A stretch of 64,000 nt of DNA from Fimbriimonadales bacterium (GTDB lineage: Bacteria; Armatimonadota; Fimbriimonadia; Fimbriimonadales; ATM1). Numbering within the stretch: position 1 is the stretch's first letter; each line of letters opens with the position of its first letter. The position numbers and the translations under genes were made by a program. Where the stretch lies: the NCBI GenBank assembly GCA_051003155.1, contig JBPCLO010000048.1, positions 12,635 through 76,634 on the forward strand, written 5' to 3'. Below are positions 10,485-21,197 of this stretch, one piece after another. The notes beneath the pieces were generated by a model. The model was not told the origin of the DNA and searched no databases. It saw only the letters and a list, made by a program, of their open reading frames with translations.

Positions 10485-10879
10485 TACCAGACCTCACAAA
10501 TCACTTCGCCGCCGATCTTGTGCTTGCGCGCTTCACGGTCGGTCATCATGCCCTTATTGGTCGAAACGATCTGCGTTGCAAGGCCGCTGCGAACGGGGGT
10601 CAGTTCTTCCGCGCCCCGGTATGCACGCAGTCCGGGCTTGCTCACCCGCCTGATCTCGCGAAGAACTGGCTGACGCTTTGCATCGTAGCGCAGGTGGATC
10701 CGCAAGTTCGGAAACTTCGTTTCCTTCGAAATCTCATAATCCGCGATCAACCCTTCGGCTTTGAGGATCTTGACGATATCTTCCTTGATGCTGCTGTAGG
10801 GACAATCGGTGGTCGTTAAGCGTGCTCCGCTGGCGTTGCGGATTCGTGTCAGAAGGTCTGCAATGGGGTCACTATGCAT
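10484..10879 (-). CDS. rpsH: 30S ribosomal protein S8
   Basis: DPIADLLTRIRNA, RVSKPGLR, GGEVICEVW; start re-set to ATG 10879. Confidence 0.97.
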   Translation of the reverse strand: MHSDPIADLLTRIRNASGARLTTTDCPYSSIKEDIVKILKAEGLIADYEISKETKFPNLRIHLRYDAKRQPVLREIRRVSKPGLRAYRGAEELTPVRSGLATQIVSTNKGMMTDREARKHKIGGEVICEVW

Positions 10880-10886
10880 AATTCGT

Positions 10887-11072
10887 TTACCAGCTCGACT
10901 TAGTGACACCGGGCAGGTTGCCCGCGAGAGATTGCTCTCTCAGGCAAATGCGACATACGCCGAAATAGCGAAAATAACCGCGCTGACGGCCGCAGATGCT
11001 ACACCGGTTATAGGCGCGCACACCGAATTTCGGTTTCCTCTTTTGCTTTACAATTAAACAGATTTTTGCCAA
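10887..11072 (-). CDS. rpsN: 30S ribosomal protein S14 (61-aa Zn-binding type)
   Basis: YNRCSICGR...CRICLRE...PGVTKSSW. Confidence 0.96.
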   Translation of the reverse strand: MAKICLIVKQKRKPKFGVRAYNRCSICGRQRGYFRYFGVCRICLREQSLAGNLPGVTKSSW

Positions 11073-11122
11073 TTATTTCTCCGGCCCGCACGCGAAATTG
11101 GCGCGAAAGCCAATTATACCTC

Positions 11123-13192
11123 TTAGTCCTCCGACTCCTCCGCCCTCGTCTTCTGGTGGTGGGTTATCAGCGACTGCTGTTCGTTAGCGGGCAGCTCCTC
11201 GTAATGGGCAAATTCGGCCCTGAATCGGCCGCGCCCCTTGGTGATCGATCTCAAGTCGAGCGCGTACTTAGCCATTGTGGCCATCGGCACTTCGGCCTTG
11301 ATCCTTTGCTTTCGGGCAGCAACCATTTCCATGCCCATGGGCCGGCCGCGACGCGTGTTGAGGTCCCCCATGACGTCGCCCGTGTACTCCTCGGGAACGT
11401 CGACCTCTACAAGCAGGATAGGTTCGAGGATTGTGGGTTTCGCATTCGAAGCGGCGTTCCTGAAGGCCATTGCGCCGGCCATCTTGAACGCATTCTCGCT
11501 AGAATCCACGTCGTGGTAGCTGCCGTCGTAGACCGTGGCCTTTACGTCGACCACCGGGTAGCCGGCGAGAAATCCTTTGGACAGCACGTCGCGCACGCCT
11601 TTCTCGATCGCGGGGATAAAGTTCTTGGGAATCGATCCTCCGACGACGCGCACACCGAATTCGAAGCCGGTACCTCTGGGCATAGGGTCGAGCTCAAGCC
11701 AGCAATCTCCGTATTGGCCGCGCCCACCGGTCTGCCGTTTGAACTTACCTTGGGCCTTCGCGGAAGACTTGATGGTTTCGCGGTAAGGCACGGTCGCATC
11801 GGAAGTTACGACATTTACGCCGAACTTCTCCTTGAGCTTTTCGATCGAGACGTCGAGGTGCATATCGCCCATGCCTTCGATGATCTCCTGCCCGCTTTCC
11901 GAGTCGCGGCGGCTGCGGAACGTCGGGTCTTCGTCTGAGATCCTCGAAAGTGAGGTTCCCAGCTTGTCTTCGTCGGCCTTCGTCTTGGCGTGGATCGCAA
12001 GACGGTAAATCGGCTCCGGGAAGGCGACCCTGTCGTATTTAATTGAAGACTTCGCTTCAGCTAGCGTATCGCCCGTGTGCGTATGCTGCAGTTTCGAGAT
12101 TGCGGCGATGTCGCCGGCGCCGACAGCGGTGGCAGCGAACTGCTCCTTCCCCTTCGAGAAGAACAGGGACCCGACTCTTTCGGATTCGTCGTTGTTTGTG
12201 TTCTTAAGTTGAGAATCGGGCTTGAGCGTCCCGGTCATCACTCGGACGTAGTTAATGCGGCCGACGTACGGATCGGCCGTGGTCTTGAAAACGAACGCCG
12301 ATAGGGGCCCGTTGGGGTTGGGCGTAATCTCTTCCCCGCCTGAAATCTTGAGCTTTTCTGCCGGGCTGGGGACGGCGCCGACCACACGATCGAGAAGCGA
12401 CGCAATGCCGATCCCCGATGCCGCGCTGCCGACGAGAACCGGGAATACTCTCCCCGCTGCAACGCCGACCTCCAAACCGTGGATCACTTCGTCTTCGGTC
12501 AGCTTTTCGCCATCGAGATATTTCTCAATGAGCGCGTCGTCGCCTTCGGCGGCTGAATCCATCATTTGGTCGCGAGCCTGCTGCACATCGGCGGCAATCT
12601 CAGCCGGCGGTTCGCTCACTTCTTCCTCGCGGCCGCTGCCGCCATGAATTTTCATGTCCACGAGGTCGAGAACGCCTTTAAAGGCGGCTTGAGAACCGAT
12701 CGGAACCTGAAGCGGAACGACCTTGTTGCCAAATCGCTCGTCGAGCGACTTCATTAGCCCTGGGTAATCAGCATTGTCACGTTCGAGCTTGTTGACGAAA
12801 ATAAGACGGCAGAGGCCCTCTTCCTCGGCGATCTCCCACGCGTTGTCGAAACCGACATCGAGGCCTGCGTGCGCGGGTGCGACGACGATCATCGCTTCGA
12901 CCACCTTGGCCACACCATGCAGATCGCCGATAAAATCTGGGAATCCCGGCGTGTCGATGATGTTGATTTTGTGGCCCTTCCATTCAATCGGGAAGACGGC
13001 GATATTCAAGCTGATCTTTCGCCGAATTTCCTGCGCATCGAAATCGCTGTGGCTGTTTCCCTGGTCTACGCTGCCCAGGCGGTCGACGCTTTTGGACGCA
13101 AACAGCAACTGCTCGACGAGCGTGGTCTTGCCCGCGCCGACGTGGCCTACGATGGCTACATTGCGAATTTTGTCAGGGCTGTAGGTGTTCAT
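11123..13192 (-). CDS. Elongation factor G paralogue (EF-G2-like)
   Basis: Full EF-G domain architecture but GHVGAGKTT, RKISL, DTPGFPDF, NKLE G-motifs. Confidence 0.92.
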   Translation of the reverse strand: MNTYSPDKIRNVAIVGHVGAGKTTLVEQLLFASKSVDRLGSVDQGNSHSDFDAQEIRRKISLNIAVFPIEWKGHKINIIDTPGFPDFIGDLHGVAKVVEAMIVVAPAHAGLDVGFDNAWEIAEEEGLCRLIFVNKLERDNADYPGLMKSLDERFGNKVVPLQVPIGSQAAFKGVLDLVDMKIHGGSGREEEVSEPPAEIAADVQQARDQMMDSAAEGDDALIEKYLDGEKLTEDEVIHGLEVGVAAGRVFPVLVGSAASGIGIASLLDRVVGAVPSPAEKLKISGGEEITPNPNGPLSAFVFKTTADPYVGRINYVRVMTGTLKPDSQLKNTNNDESERVGSLFFSKGKEQFAATAVGAGDIAAISKLQHTHTGDTLAEAKSSIKYDRVAFPEPIYRLAIHAKTKADEDKLGTSLSRISDEDPTFRSRRDSESGQEIIEGMGDMHLDVSIEKLKEKFGVNVVTSDATVPYRETIKSSAKAQGKFKRQTGGRGQYGDCWLELDPMPRGTGFEFGVRVVGGSIPKNFIPAIEKGVRDVLSKGFLAGYPVVDVKATVYDGSYHDVDSSENAFKMAGAMAFRNAASNAKPTILEPILLVEVDVPEEYTGDVMGDLNTRRGRPMGMEMVAARKQRIKAEVPMATMAKYALDLRSITKGRGRFRAEFAHYEELPANEQQSLITHHQKTRAEESED

Positions 13193-13212
13193 GGCTGCGT
13201 TCTAAGGCGAAT

Positions 13213-13797
13213 CTATTTCTCCCGGATCGGCATCCCCATTTTCTTCAAGAAGGCCCGCGCTTCATCGTCCGTTCTTGCGGTGGTGCAAATAACGATGTCC
13301 ATGCCGCGGATCCGATCGAACGTGTCGTAACTGATCTCGGGGAAAACAAGCTGCTCTTTCAAGCCGACAGCGAAATTGCCGCGTCCGTCGAACGACTTCG
13401 GATTGAGACCCTGGAAGTCGCGAAGGCGGGGGAACACCACGGTGATGAGCTTGTCGAGAAAGTGGTACATGCGCTCGCCGCGGAGCGTAACCTTCGCGCC
13501 GATCTTCACTCCTTGCCGGAGACGGAAATTGGAAATGGCCTTTTTCGCAGTGGTTACGACCGGCGCCTGCCCCGTGATGACAGTGAGGTCGCGCACGGAG
13601 TTATCGAGCAGCTTGCCATCTTTGGTCGATTCGCCGACACCCATATTGATGACGATCTTATCGAGTCGCGGCGCCTGCATCGGAGTCGAATACTCGAGTT
13701 CCTTCACCAGGGACGGCAATACCGTGTCCTTATAATGCTCGCGAAGCCGACTCTTCGGCGGCACGGTTGCCGTATTTCCTTCTTTTTCTTTTGCCAT
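13213..13797 (-). CDS. rplE: 50S ribosomal protein L5
   Basis: KIVINMGVGE, FDGRGNF, FPEISYD. Confidence 0.97.
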   Translation of the reverse strand: MAKEKEGNTATVPPKSRLREHYKDTVLPSLVKELEYSTPMQAPRLDKIVINMGVGESTKDGKLLDNSVRDLTVITGQAPVVTTAKKAISNFRLRQGVKIGAKVTLRGERMYHFLDKLITVVFPRLRDFQGLNPKSFDGRGNFAVGLKEQLVFPEISYDTFDRIRGMDIVICTTARTDDEARAFLKKMGMPIREK

Positions 13798-13809
13798 TCT
13801 CTAATCTCT

Positions 13810-14196
13810 CTATTTGACGTCGATAGTCTCGTTGCTTGCCTTGGCGTAGCGGACGAGCTTGCCTTCCTCGACTCGCCGACCGACGCGGGTCGGTTTATCC
13901 GAATGAGGATCGATGAGCATTACTTTGCTGATGTGCAAGGGGGCGGCCATGCGAGTTTTCTTGCCTTGCTCGCCCATCGTTCGGGGCTTTTGGTGCTTGG
14001 TAACCGCGTTCAGGGGAACCTTTACGCCGTCCTTGTCCTTTTCGTGACCTTCCACGAGAACCATCATCCGCTTGGGCATAACCTTGATAATGCGGCCACG
14101 GGCGCCCTTATCTTTCCCCGCGATAATCTCAACGGTGTCGCCGGTTTTCAGTTTAATCTTTACGGATTGTTTTGGAGCTACGATCTTTTTGTACAT
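13810..14196 (-). CDS. rplX: 50S ribosomal protein L24
   Basis: KOW motif [21 protein letters not shown]. Confidence 0.95.
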   Translation of the reverse strand: MYKKIVAPKQSVKIKLKTGDTVEIIAGKDKGARGRIIKVMPKRMMVLVEGHEKDKDGVKVPLNAVTKHQKPRTMGEQGKKTRMAAPLHISKVMLIDPHSDKPTRVGRRVEEGKLVRYAKASNETIDVK

Positions 14197-14565
14197 TTAC
14201 AGGACCTCCGGGGCGAGAGAAACAATTTTCATGAATTCCTTTTCGCGGAGCTCGCGGGCGACTGGGCCGAAAATACGCGTGCCGCGCGGCTCCTTTGCCT
14301 GATTGATCAGCACGCATGCGTTGTCGTCGAAGCGCAAAGTGCTGCCGTCTTGGCGACGGATATCGCGCTTCGTGCGAACGATGACCGCTTTCACAACTTC
14401 GCCCTTCTTGACCGGCATGTTCGGCGTGGAAACCTTTACGGTCCCGACAATAACGTCGCCGACACGGCCATAACGCGGCTGCGACCCCTTGAGGACACGA
14501 ATGCACAGCAGCTCGCGCGCTCCGGAGTTATCCGCTACTTTTAGTCTCGTGTATTGCTGAATCAT
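14197..14565 (-). CDS. rplN: 50S ribosomal protein L14
   Basis: [16 protein letters not shown]...SLAPEVL. Confidence 0.98.
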   Translation of the reverse strand: MIQQYTRLKVADNSGARELLCIRVLKGSQPRYGRVGDVIVGTVKVSTPNMPVKKGEVVKAVIVRTKRDIRRQDGSTLRFDDNACVLINQAKEPRGTRIFGPVARELREKEFMKIVSLAPEVL

Positions 14566-14607
14566 TTCTTTCTCCGACAAAGCCTTCGGAAAATCCGAAG
14601 GCGAAAA

Positions 14608-14874
14608 CTACTTGACCTTTTCTACAATCTTGCTGACCCGCCAACGCTTTTCCTTGCTCAAGGGCCGCGTCTCCGTGATTTCAACGAAGTCGCCCATATC
14701 ACAGCTCATCTCATCATGCGCCTTGAATTTCTCACTGCGCAAAACCGTTTTTCCATAAAGAGGGTGCTGCACCTGACGCTGCACTCGCACGACCACCGTC
14801 TTCTCCATTTTATTGGAGACCACGACGCCATGCCGTGTTTTGCGCCGGTTGCGCGCTGCGGTCGCCTCCGCCAT
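14608..14874 (-). CDS. rpsQ: 30S ribosomal protein S17
   Basis: [25 protein letters not shown]. Confidence 0.97.
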   Translation of the reverse strand: MAEATAARNRRKTRHGVVVSNKMEKTVVVRVQRQVQHPLYGKTVLRSEKFKAHDEMSCDMGDFVEITETRPLSKEKRWRVSKIVEKVK

Positions 14875-15080
14875 TACTGGTCACCCCGCTTCTTTTCGGT
14901 GATCAGCGTCATGATGCGCGCGATGTTGTGGCGATGTTCCCTAACAAGGTTTACGTCCTTGATCTCGCGAAAGACCAGCTTGCGCCGCGAGTCGTATAGC
15001 GCGATTCTTTCTTTCTCCAAAAGCTCCTGTAGTTCTTGGACTGTCTTCTCTCTAAGGTCGTTAACTTTCAATGCTTTCAT
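14874..15080 (-). CDS. rpmC: 50S ribosomal protein L29
   Basis: [10 protein letters not shown]...IARIMT; position. Confidence 0.92.
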   Translation of the reverse strand: MKALKVNDLREKTVQELQELLEKERIALYDSRRKLVFREIKDVNLVREHRHNIARIMTLITEKKRGDQ

Positions 15081-15634
15081 TTCTGTTCCTCGGTTTCGAC
15101 TTCAGTCGGCCCTTCGGCTTGGCCTTCTGCCTGCTCTTCCTCGACAGCCGGCTCCTCTTCATGGGCGATCTGCGGCTGCACGGCTTCGGTCTCTTCCAAT
15201 TGCGCTTCCTCGACATGGTCGGGCATGTCGTGGCGCGTTATAAACTTGACCTTAATCGGGAGCTTGTGGCCGGCAAGCCGCATTGCTTCCTTCGCCACCT
15301 CTTCCGCAACGCCGGACATTTCGAAAAGCATTCTGCCCGGCTTTACTACGGCGACCCATCCTTCGGGCGAACCCTTACCGGAGCCCATTCGCGTTTCCGC
15401 AGGCTTCTTGGTGAAAGGCTTGTCCGGGAAAATCCGAATCCAAACCTTGCCGCCTCTGCGGATGTGTCGGGTCATGGCGATACGGGCGGCCTCGATCTGC
15501 CGGTTCGTGATCCACGCGGCTTCGAGGGCCTGCAGGCCAAAATCACCGAAATCGAGGTTGGCCCCACCCTTTGCCAGGCCCTTGCGCCGCCCGCGAGACA
15601 CCTTGCGGTGCTTAATACGCTTAGGCATTAACAT
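15077..15634 (-). CDS. rplP: 50S ribosomal protein L16 with acidic C-terminal extension
   Basis: [15 protein letters not shown]. Confidence 0.97.
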   Translation of the reverse strand: MLMPKRIKHRKVSRGRRKGLAKGGANLDFGDFGLQALEAAWITNRQIEAARIAMTRHIRRGGKVWIRIFPDKPFTKKPAETRMGSGKGSPEGWVAVVKPGRMLFEMSGVAEEVAKEAMRLAGHKLPIKVKFITRHDMPDHVEEAQLEETEAVQPQIAHEEEPAVEEEQAEGQAEGPTEVETEEQK

Positions 15635-16457
15635 CGGGTGTCACCTCCGCTTTTTCTGCAACGGGAGTCGGTGTACGGTCGGCAGCGTCCACCGGCTCGT
15701 CCATGAGGGCTGGACCTTCAACAATGGGTTTCGTTACGGCTACAGGCTCTTCGATCTTTTTCGGCTTGCGGGGGCTCTCCTTGAGCGCGGCCTCTTGGGC
15801 GATTCGCATTTTCTCGGGGAGCACCTCGCCCTTGTATATCCAAACCTTGACGCCGATGATACCGTAGGTGGTTCGTGCCTCGGCCCGGCCGTAGTCGATG
15901 TCCGCTCTTAGCGTGTGAAGGGGCACTTTGCCCATCTTCTCGACCTCTCTTCGGGCGATTTCCGATCCGCCGAGGCGGCCGCTGGAAATAATCTTGATAC
16001 CGCGCCCGTTCATCCGCAGACACCGGCCGACGGCTTGCCGCATGGCTCTCCGGTGGGAAATTCTCCGTTCGAGCTGTTGGGCGATGTTCTCGGCGACCAG
16101 TTGGGCGTCGAGCTCGGGCTGACGCACCTCGGAGACGTTGACGTGGACTCGTGAATCCTTGTCCATCTTCGAGACGATGCGCTGCAGATCCTGGCTTAGC
16201 TCATCGATACCCTTGCCTCCGCGGCCGATCACGGCACCGGGCCGCGCGGTATGGAGTGTCACCGTCACACGGTTCGCTGCACGCTCGATATCGACGCGGC
16301 TTATGTTGCCTATACCAAGCCGCTGCTTTATGAACCGGCGGATCTGGTGATCGCCGATCAGCAGGTGCTTGTAGGTTCGCTTGTCGGCGAACCAATGGCT
16401 GTCGGCATCTCGGATGACCCCGAGTCTAAAACCTATGGGATGTACTTTTTGGCCCAA
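15621..16457 (-). CDS. rpsC: 30S ribosomal protein S3
   Basis: [25 protein letters not shown]. Confidence 0.98.
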   Translation of the reverse strand: MGQKVHPIGFRLGVIRDADSHWFADKRTYKHLLIGDHQIRRFIKQRLGIGNISRVDIERAANRVTVTLHTARPGAVIGRGGKGIDELSQDLQRIVSKMDKDSRVHVNVSEVRQPELDAQLVAENIAQQLERRISHRRAMRQAVGRCLRMNGRGIKIISSGRLGGSEIARREVEKMGKVPLHTLRADIDYGRAEARTTYGIIGVKVWIYKGEVLPEKMRIAQEAALKESPRKPKKIEEPVAVTKPIVEGPALMDEPVDAADRTPTPVAEKAEVTPDVNA

Positions 16458-16460
16458 GTG

Positions 16461-17075
16461 TTACTCCTGTTCCTTCTTTTGTTTGGCGCCGTCATCTGCT
16501 GCGGGCGCCCCGTTCTCTGACGCAGGTTCCTCGGCTGCCGGGACTTCTTCGGCTGCGGGCTCTTTCGAAGCGGTTCCTTCGACTACGGTTTCTTCAACTG
16601 AGAGTTCTTCCCCAACTTGGGCGCTTTCCTGCGCCTCGGCGGCGATCGGCTCGGCGGCCTCGTCCTTCTTGGCTTTCTTCTTCATGCCGTCGAACTTCGG
16701 CCTCGGCTTCGGCTTGGCATTGCTGCGCTTAACCGAGAACGGTTCGCCGTCTTCGAGAACGACGGTGATGTGGCTCGTGCGCTTGAGGATTCGGTTTGCC
16801 CTTCCCTGCGCTCGGGCACGGATTCGCTTCATCCGCATACCCTCGTCTATATCGATTCGAGAGATCACCAGCGATTCCGCGTCGCGCTTCTCGTTCTCCA
16901 CCGCGTTAGCGACAGCACTCAGCAGCACCTTGCGGAGCAAATGAGCGCCCTTGCTCGGGTGGTACCTGAGTTCAGCCAAGGCCAGCACTGCGTGCTTGCC
17001 CTTGACCTCGCTAGCGACAAGCCTCGCCTTGCGGGGCTGGACCCTCAGTCTTCTTCCAGTTGCTCGAACTTCCAT
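16461..17075 (-). CDS. rplV: 50S ribosomal protein L22 with long C-terminal extension
   Basis: PRKARLVA, RARAQGRANRILKRTSHITVV. Confidence 0.96.
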   Translation of the reverse strand: MEVRATGRRLRVQPRKARLVASEVKGKHAVLALAELRYHPSKGAHLLRKVLLSAVANAVENEKRDAESLVISRIDIDEGMRMKRIRARAQGRANRILKRTSHITVVLEDGEPFSVKRSNAKPKPRPKFDGMKKKAKKDEAAEPIAAEAQESAQVGEELSVEETVVEGTASKEPAAEEVPAAEEPASENGAPAADDGAKQKKEQE

Positions 17076-17092
17076 AGAATTTTCCCGGAGGG

Positions 17093-17770
17093 CTACTTAA
17101 CCCGCTCCATCGATAACGTAATCGTCTTGATCTCGAAAGCGCTGGCCCCGAAGTCGCACTTGAGATCGATCTTGTTGGGCTTCGACGTCGCGGTGTCGAC
17201 AAGCGACGTCGCCGTCATTTTGAATGTCGCGTTATCGAACTCCTCGGATGTGACCTCGCACTGCGACACTATCTTTGCGACGCCGTCCTTCAAGCTCTCC
17301 AGCTTGATCGTCCCCTTCACCGTCGGCTTACCGTCTTTGGCTTCGACGTCGACCTTGATTTCTTCGCCGACCTTCATCACCTTATCCGTAAAGCCGGAGG
17401 CGGCCATCAGTAAACTGATTCCCGATAACGGCCCGTGTTCATCGCTTGAGAGGGGCATCAGGATGCCACGCTTGTCCACTCGAAGGATGATGTCCTCGAA
17501 CCCTTCGATGTGCTCTTCGCCGCCCATCATCAGCTTCTCGTCGGCAGCACTGACCTCGACATCGGCATCGCCGTTGTCATGAACCTTCAGAATCTTCTGG
17601 ATCACGGTCATCGATGCATCGCCCTGACCTTGTTCCATTTCGAGCTTCGCAACTACTTTGTACGAATCTTTCTCGTCGACCTTATACTTACGGTCGATTG
17701 TGAAGGTTTCCTGGGCGGCAAATAATGCGACAAAGAGCGCTATCGGTGCGATTGAGATAATTCCTTTCAT
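17093..17770 (-). CDS. Exported hypothetical protein (beta-rich), paralogue of neighbour
   Basis: Signal-peptide-like N-terminus; ATGA overlap with upstream gene; similarity to 17767-18483. Confidence 0.8.
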   Translation of the reverse strand: MKGIISIAPIALFVALFAAQETFTIDRKYKVDEKDSYKVVAKLEMEQGQGDASMTVIQKILKVHDNGDADVEVSAADEKLMMGGEEHIEGFEDIILRVDKRGILMPLSSDEHGPLSGISLLMAASGFTDKVMKVGEEIKVDVEAKDGKPTVKGTIKLESLKDGVAKIVSQCEVTSEEFDNATFKMTATSLVDTATSKPNKIDLKCDFGASAFEIKTITLSMERVK

Positions 17771-18483
17771 TTCTTGTCCCTCACTTTGGAAACGTCGAAC
17801 TTGACGTTGACTTTGCCGAGTTCCTCACCTTCCGTGGCTACGGTACCCTCCGCCTTGACGAGTTTCCCCGTCTCCGTGTTGAAATAAGCGATGTAATTGA
17901 AGGAGCCTGCAACGTCGTCCTTGGGGGTCCCCTTCATCGAAACCTTCACCTTGGCCACGTGCTCTTCGTAGAGCATGCCCGTCGCGATCAGCGTCCATTC
18001 GCCCTCGAACTTCGAGTCTGCAGACGAGGACCACGTTAACGGGAAGGGCTTGCCGATCTCGGCTTCCTTGCCAGGCAGCATGAACGTAGCCAAAACAAAA
18101 CCGAGCGGGTCTTCCTCGTCGTTGAGGTCAAAAGCCTTGGCAAGGCCCATTACGTTGTGTTCAGCGGTCAAGGGTTTTGGAAGCTCATCGGCGTCCTGTG
18201 CCTCGTCACCGAAGCTCATCTTGACCGCTCTGTATTCGGTCTCGACCTTTGCCTCACCCTCGGCCGCGAGCTCTTTCGTGGTCCGAACGAACTCGCCTTC
18301 GACCCGCATCTCCGAAGGCATGTCGTCGCTCTTCATCGTGAACCAGGCTTTGTAGGCCTGCGACTCGCCTGCCTTGTAGGTGCGCGAGAGCTTCACCTTT
18401 AACGGCTCAAGAGCTGCCACCTGGGTCGGCGCAGGCTGTTGACCTTGTACCGTGAGCATAGCGAGAGCGACAAGGGAAATCAT
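17767..18483 (-). CDS. Exported hypothetical protein (beta-rich)
   Basis: Signal-peptide-like N-terminus; TGATG overlap with rpsS stop. Confidence 0.8.
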   Translation of the reverse strand: MISLVALAMLTVQGQQPAPTQVAALEPLKVKLSRTYKAGESQAYKAWFTMKSDDMPSEMRVEGEFVRTTKELAAEGEAKVETEYRAVKMSFGDEAQDADELPKPLTAEHNVMGLAKAFDLNDEEDPLGFVLATFMLPGKEAEIGKPFPLTWSSSADSKFEGEWTLIATGMLYEEHVAKVKVSMKGTPKDDVAGSFNYIAYFNTETGKLVKAEGTVATEGEELGKVNVKFDVSKVRDKK

Positions 18484-18770
18484 CAGCGGACTCGCGTGCT
18501 CCTATCGACCTGTCCGCCGGCGTGCCCGCGGAATGTCCGAGTTGGCGCGAATTCGCCGAGCTTGTGGCCGACCATGTTCTCGGTCACGTATACCGGGATG
18601 TGCTTCCGGCCGTCGTGAACGGCGAAAGTATGGCCGATCATCTCCGGAACGATCGTGCTCCGCCGAGACCAGGTCTTCACTATATTCTTCTGTCCGGTGG
18701 CGTTCATGGCGTCAACCTTCTTGATCAGGTGGTCGTCGATAAACGGTCCTTTCTTGATGCTTCGAGCCAT
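18483..18770 (-). CDS. rpsS: 30S ribosomal protein S19
   Basis: [25 protein letters not shown]. Confidence 0.98.
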   Translation of the reverse strand: MARSIKKGPFIDDHLIKKVDAMNATGQKNIVKTWSRRSTIVPEMIGHTFAVHDGRKHIPVYVTENMVGHKLGEFAPTRTFRGHAGGQVDRSTRVR

Positions 18771-19603
18771 TACTTGCTTCCTCTTCGTCGGACGATGAAC
18801 TTGTCGGACTTCTTGTTGCGACGGGTTTTCGTTCCTAGCGCCTTGTTGCCCCAGCGGTCGACGGGGCCCTTCTTGCGCCCGATCGGTGACTTCGCCTCCC
18901 CGCCGCCGTGCGGGTGGTCGCGCGGGGTCATGGCGACCCCTCGAACGTGCGGCCTCTTGCCGAGCCCGCGGTTTTTGCCTGCTTTGCCGATCGATTCATT
19001 CTCATGCTCGGCGTTGCCGACTTCACCGATGGTCGCCTTGCACTCGGCGAAGATTCGTCGCATCTCGCCGCTCGGGAGGCGCACCGTGACGTAGCTACCT
19101 TCCTTCGCCATGAGCTGGGCGAACATGCCGGCGGAGCGAACCATCTGGCCACCACGTCCCGGCTGCATTTCGATGTTGTGAATCCTCGTACCGAGGGGGA
19201 TGTTCACCAGCGGCAAGCAGTTGCCCGGGCGAATGTCCGCTTCCGGGCCGCTCATTATCATATCGCCGACGTTCAAGCCGTTCGCCGCGATGATGTACCG
19301 CTTCTCGCCGTCCACGTAGTAGAGTAGCGCGATGCGGCTCGTCCGGTTCGGATCGTATTCGATGTGCGCGACCTTGGCTGCGACGCCCACCTTATTGCGT
19401 TTGAAATCGATCTCTCTGTAGCGACGCTTGTTTCCTCCTCCGCGCCAATGGGCCGTCGTTCGACCGGTATTGTTGCGGCCGCCGGACTTGCTCAGCTTCT
19501 TGACGAGCGACTTTTCGGGCTTTGTCCTTGTGACTTCGCTGTAATCCGAGGTCGCGGAGAACCTACGTCCGGGTGATGTGGGCTTATGTTTCTTGACTGG
19601 CAT
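18770..19603 (-). CDS. rplB: 50S ribosomal protein L2
   Basis: [20 protein letters not shown]. Confidence 0.98.
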   Translation of the reverse strand: MPVKKHKPTSPGRRFSATSDYSEVTRTKPEKSLVKKLSKSGGRNNTGRTTAHWRGGGNKRRYREIDFKRNKVGVAAKVAHIEYDPNRTSRIALLYYVDGEKRYIIAANGLNVGDMIMSGPEADIRPGNCLPLVNIPLGTRIHNIEMQPGRGGQMVRSAGMFAQLMAKEGSYVTVRLPSGEMRRIFAECKATIGEVGNAEHENESIGKAGKNRGLGKRPHVRGVAMTPRDHPHGGGEAKSPIGRKKGPVDRWGNKALGTKTRRNKKSDKFIVRRRGSK

Positions 19604-19604
19604 G

Positions 19605-19922
19605 TTAAGCTCCGATGTCCTCGAGGATTTGGCCTTCGGCGAGCGTGATGATCGCCTTCTTTCGGTCCGCGCGGCGTCCCGTCGTGCGGAAGCCCGAACG
19701 CGCGGCTTTGCCGTGGACGGTGATCATGTTCACCTTATCGACTTTAATGCGGTCCTTTTCCTTCTTCTTGCCTCGGTTGTAAATCTCTTCGATCGCCTGA
19801 GCGACCTCGATGCGGTTGGCCTCGGCCGAGACGAAGAAGACGTACTTCCCGTCCTGCTTAAGAATCTCGCTCTTTTCGGTGAGAGCGGGCCTCAAAATGA
19901 TCTGCTCGGCCGCGAGTTTCAA
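19605..19922 (-). CDS. rplW: 50S ribosomal protein L23
   Basis: [17 protein letters not shown]; position. Confidence 0.93.
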   Translation of the reverse strand: MKLAAEQIILRPALTEKSEILKQDGKYVFFVSAEANRIEVAQAIEEIYNRGKKKEKDRIKVDKVNMITVHGKAARSGFRTTGRRADRKKAIITLAEGQILEDIGA

Positions 19923-20575
19923 GCCCAGACCTCCTCGATGGCGCGCAGGGCGTCCTTTGAAACCACGATCTTATGGGCGATCAAGAGGTCGCGCGTGCTG
20001 AACGCTTGCGTCTTAACAGCATCAGCGCCGGCTTTGACTGAAGCCGGCGCGGTTCTAACTTCTATTTTCATGTCGTTCCCGTTGCGCATATTTCGGAAGC
20101 TCTTGTACGTGGCTTCGTCGTACTGCGAGAGGATGACAAGGAGGCGCTTTGCCTCCGCTCCCGCCGCCTTCAACAGTGCGGCGGCGTCCTTGGTTTTGGG
20201 GGCGGCTATCTGGATCGAATCCACAACGATCACGTCGCCCGCCTGGACTCTGGTTGCGAAAGCTGCCTTCGTAGCGAGGCGTCGTTCTTTCTTGTTGACC
20301 TTCTGTTCATAGCTGCGTGGCTTCACGGCGTGGGCCATGCCGCCGTGAGCATAGTGCGGAGCGCGGATCGAACCTTGGCGGGCTCGTCCCGTCTTCTTCT
20401 GCTTGTATGGCTTGCGTCCACCTCCGCGAGCTTCGCCGCGGGTCCTGACGCTTTGCGTCCCCTGCCGCTTGTTGGCTTGCTCGGCCAAGACGACGCGGTG
20501 CAGCGTCGAGTTCTTGACTTCCTCGACGTTCAGCTTCTCTATCAGCTCGTTAACCGATGTGTCTTTCTTAGCCAT
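19919..20575 (-). CDS. rplD: 50S ribosomal protein L4
   Basis: [29 protein letters not shown]. Confidence 0.96.
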   Translation of the reverse strand: MAKKDTSVNELIEKLNVEEVKNSTLHRVVLAEQANKRQGTQSVRTRGEARGGGRKPYKQKKTGRARQGSIRAPHYAHGGMAHAVKPRSYEQKVNKKERRLATKAAFATRVQAGDVIVVDSIQIAAPKTKDAAALLKAAGAEAKRLLVILSQYDEATYKSFRNMRNGNDMKIEVRTAPASVKAGADAVKTQAFSTRDLLIAHKIVVSKDALRAIEEVWA

Positions 20576-21197
20576 TCTTGTAACCTGCCTTCAAAACCTT
20601 CACCAGACAGCCGTTCGGGCCGGGAACGCTTCCGCTCACAAGGAGCAGGTTGCGCTCGGCGTCCACCTGAACGACTTTCAGACCACCCTGGGTCACTTGC
20701 TCGTGCCCCATATGGCCGGGGCCCTTCTTGCCCTTGAACACCCTCGCGGGGCCCGTGGCGCCGTTCGAGAGCGGCCGGCGGTGCGTCATGTAGCCGTGCG
20801 AAGCGTGCTGGCCATGGAAGTGGTGCCGCTTCATAACGCCTGCAAATCCCTTACCCTTGGAGATGCCCTCGACGCGGACCTTCTCGCCTGCCTCGAAAAT
20901 GTCCACCCCGACGATCTGTCCAGGCTCGACGGCGATTTCCTTCGAGCGAAACTCTCGAAGGACTTTCAACGGTCCGGCGCCCGCCTTCTTCAGGTGGCCC
21001 GCCATCGGGAAAGTGACCTTGCGTACCTTCTGCTCTTCGTAGCCGACCTGGACTGCGGCGTAGCCGTCGGTCTCCTCGGTCTTGACCTGAGTAACGACGA
21101 CGGGGCCCGCTTCGATGACGGTTACGGGGACCATCTTGCCCTGTTCGTTGAACAGGTGCGTCATTCCAATTTTTCTACCCAGTATTCCTGGAAGCAT
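20568..21197 (-). CDS. rplC: 50S ribosomal protein L3
   Basis: [32 protein letters not shown]; alternative start 21206. Confidence 0.97.
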   Translation of the reverse strand: MLPGILGRKIGMTHLFNEQGKMVPVTVIEAGPVVVTQVKTEETDGYAAVQVGYEEQKVRKVTFPMAGHLKKAGAGPLKVLREFRSKEIAVEPGQIVGVDIFEAGEKVRVEGISKGKGFAGVMKRHHFHGQHASHGYMTHRRPLSNGATGPARVFKGKKGPGHMGHEQVTQGGLKVVQVDAERNLLLVSGSVPGPNGCLVKVLKAGYKNG

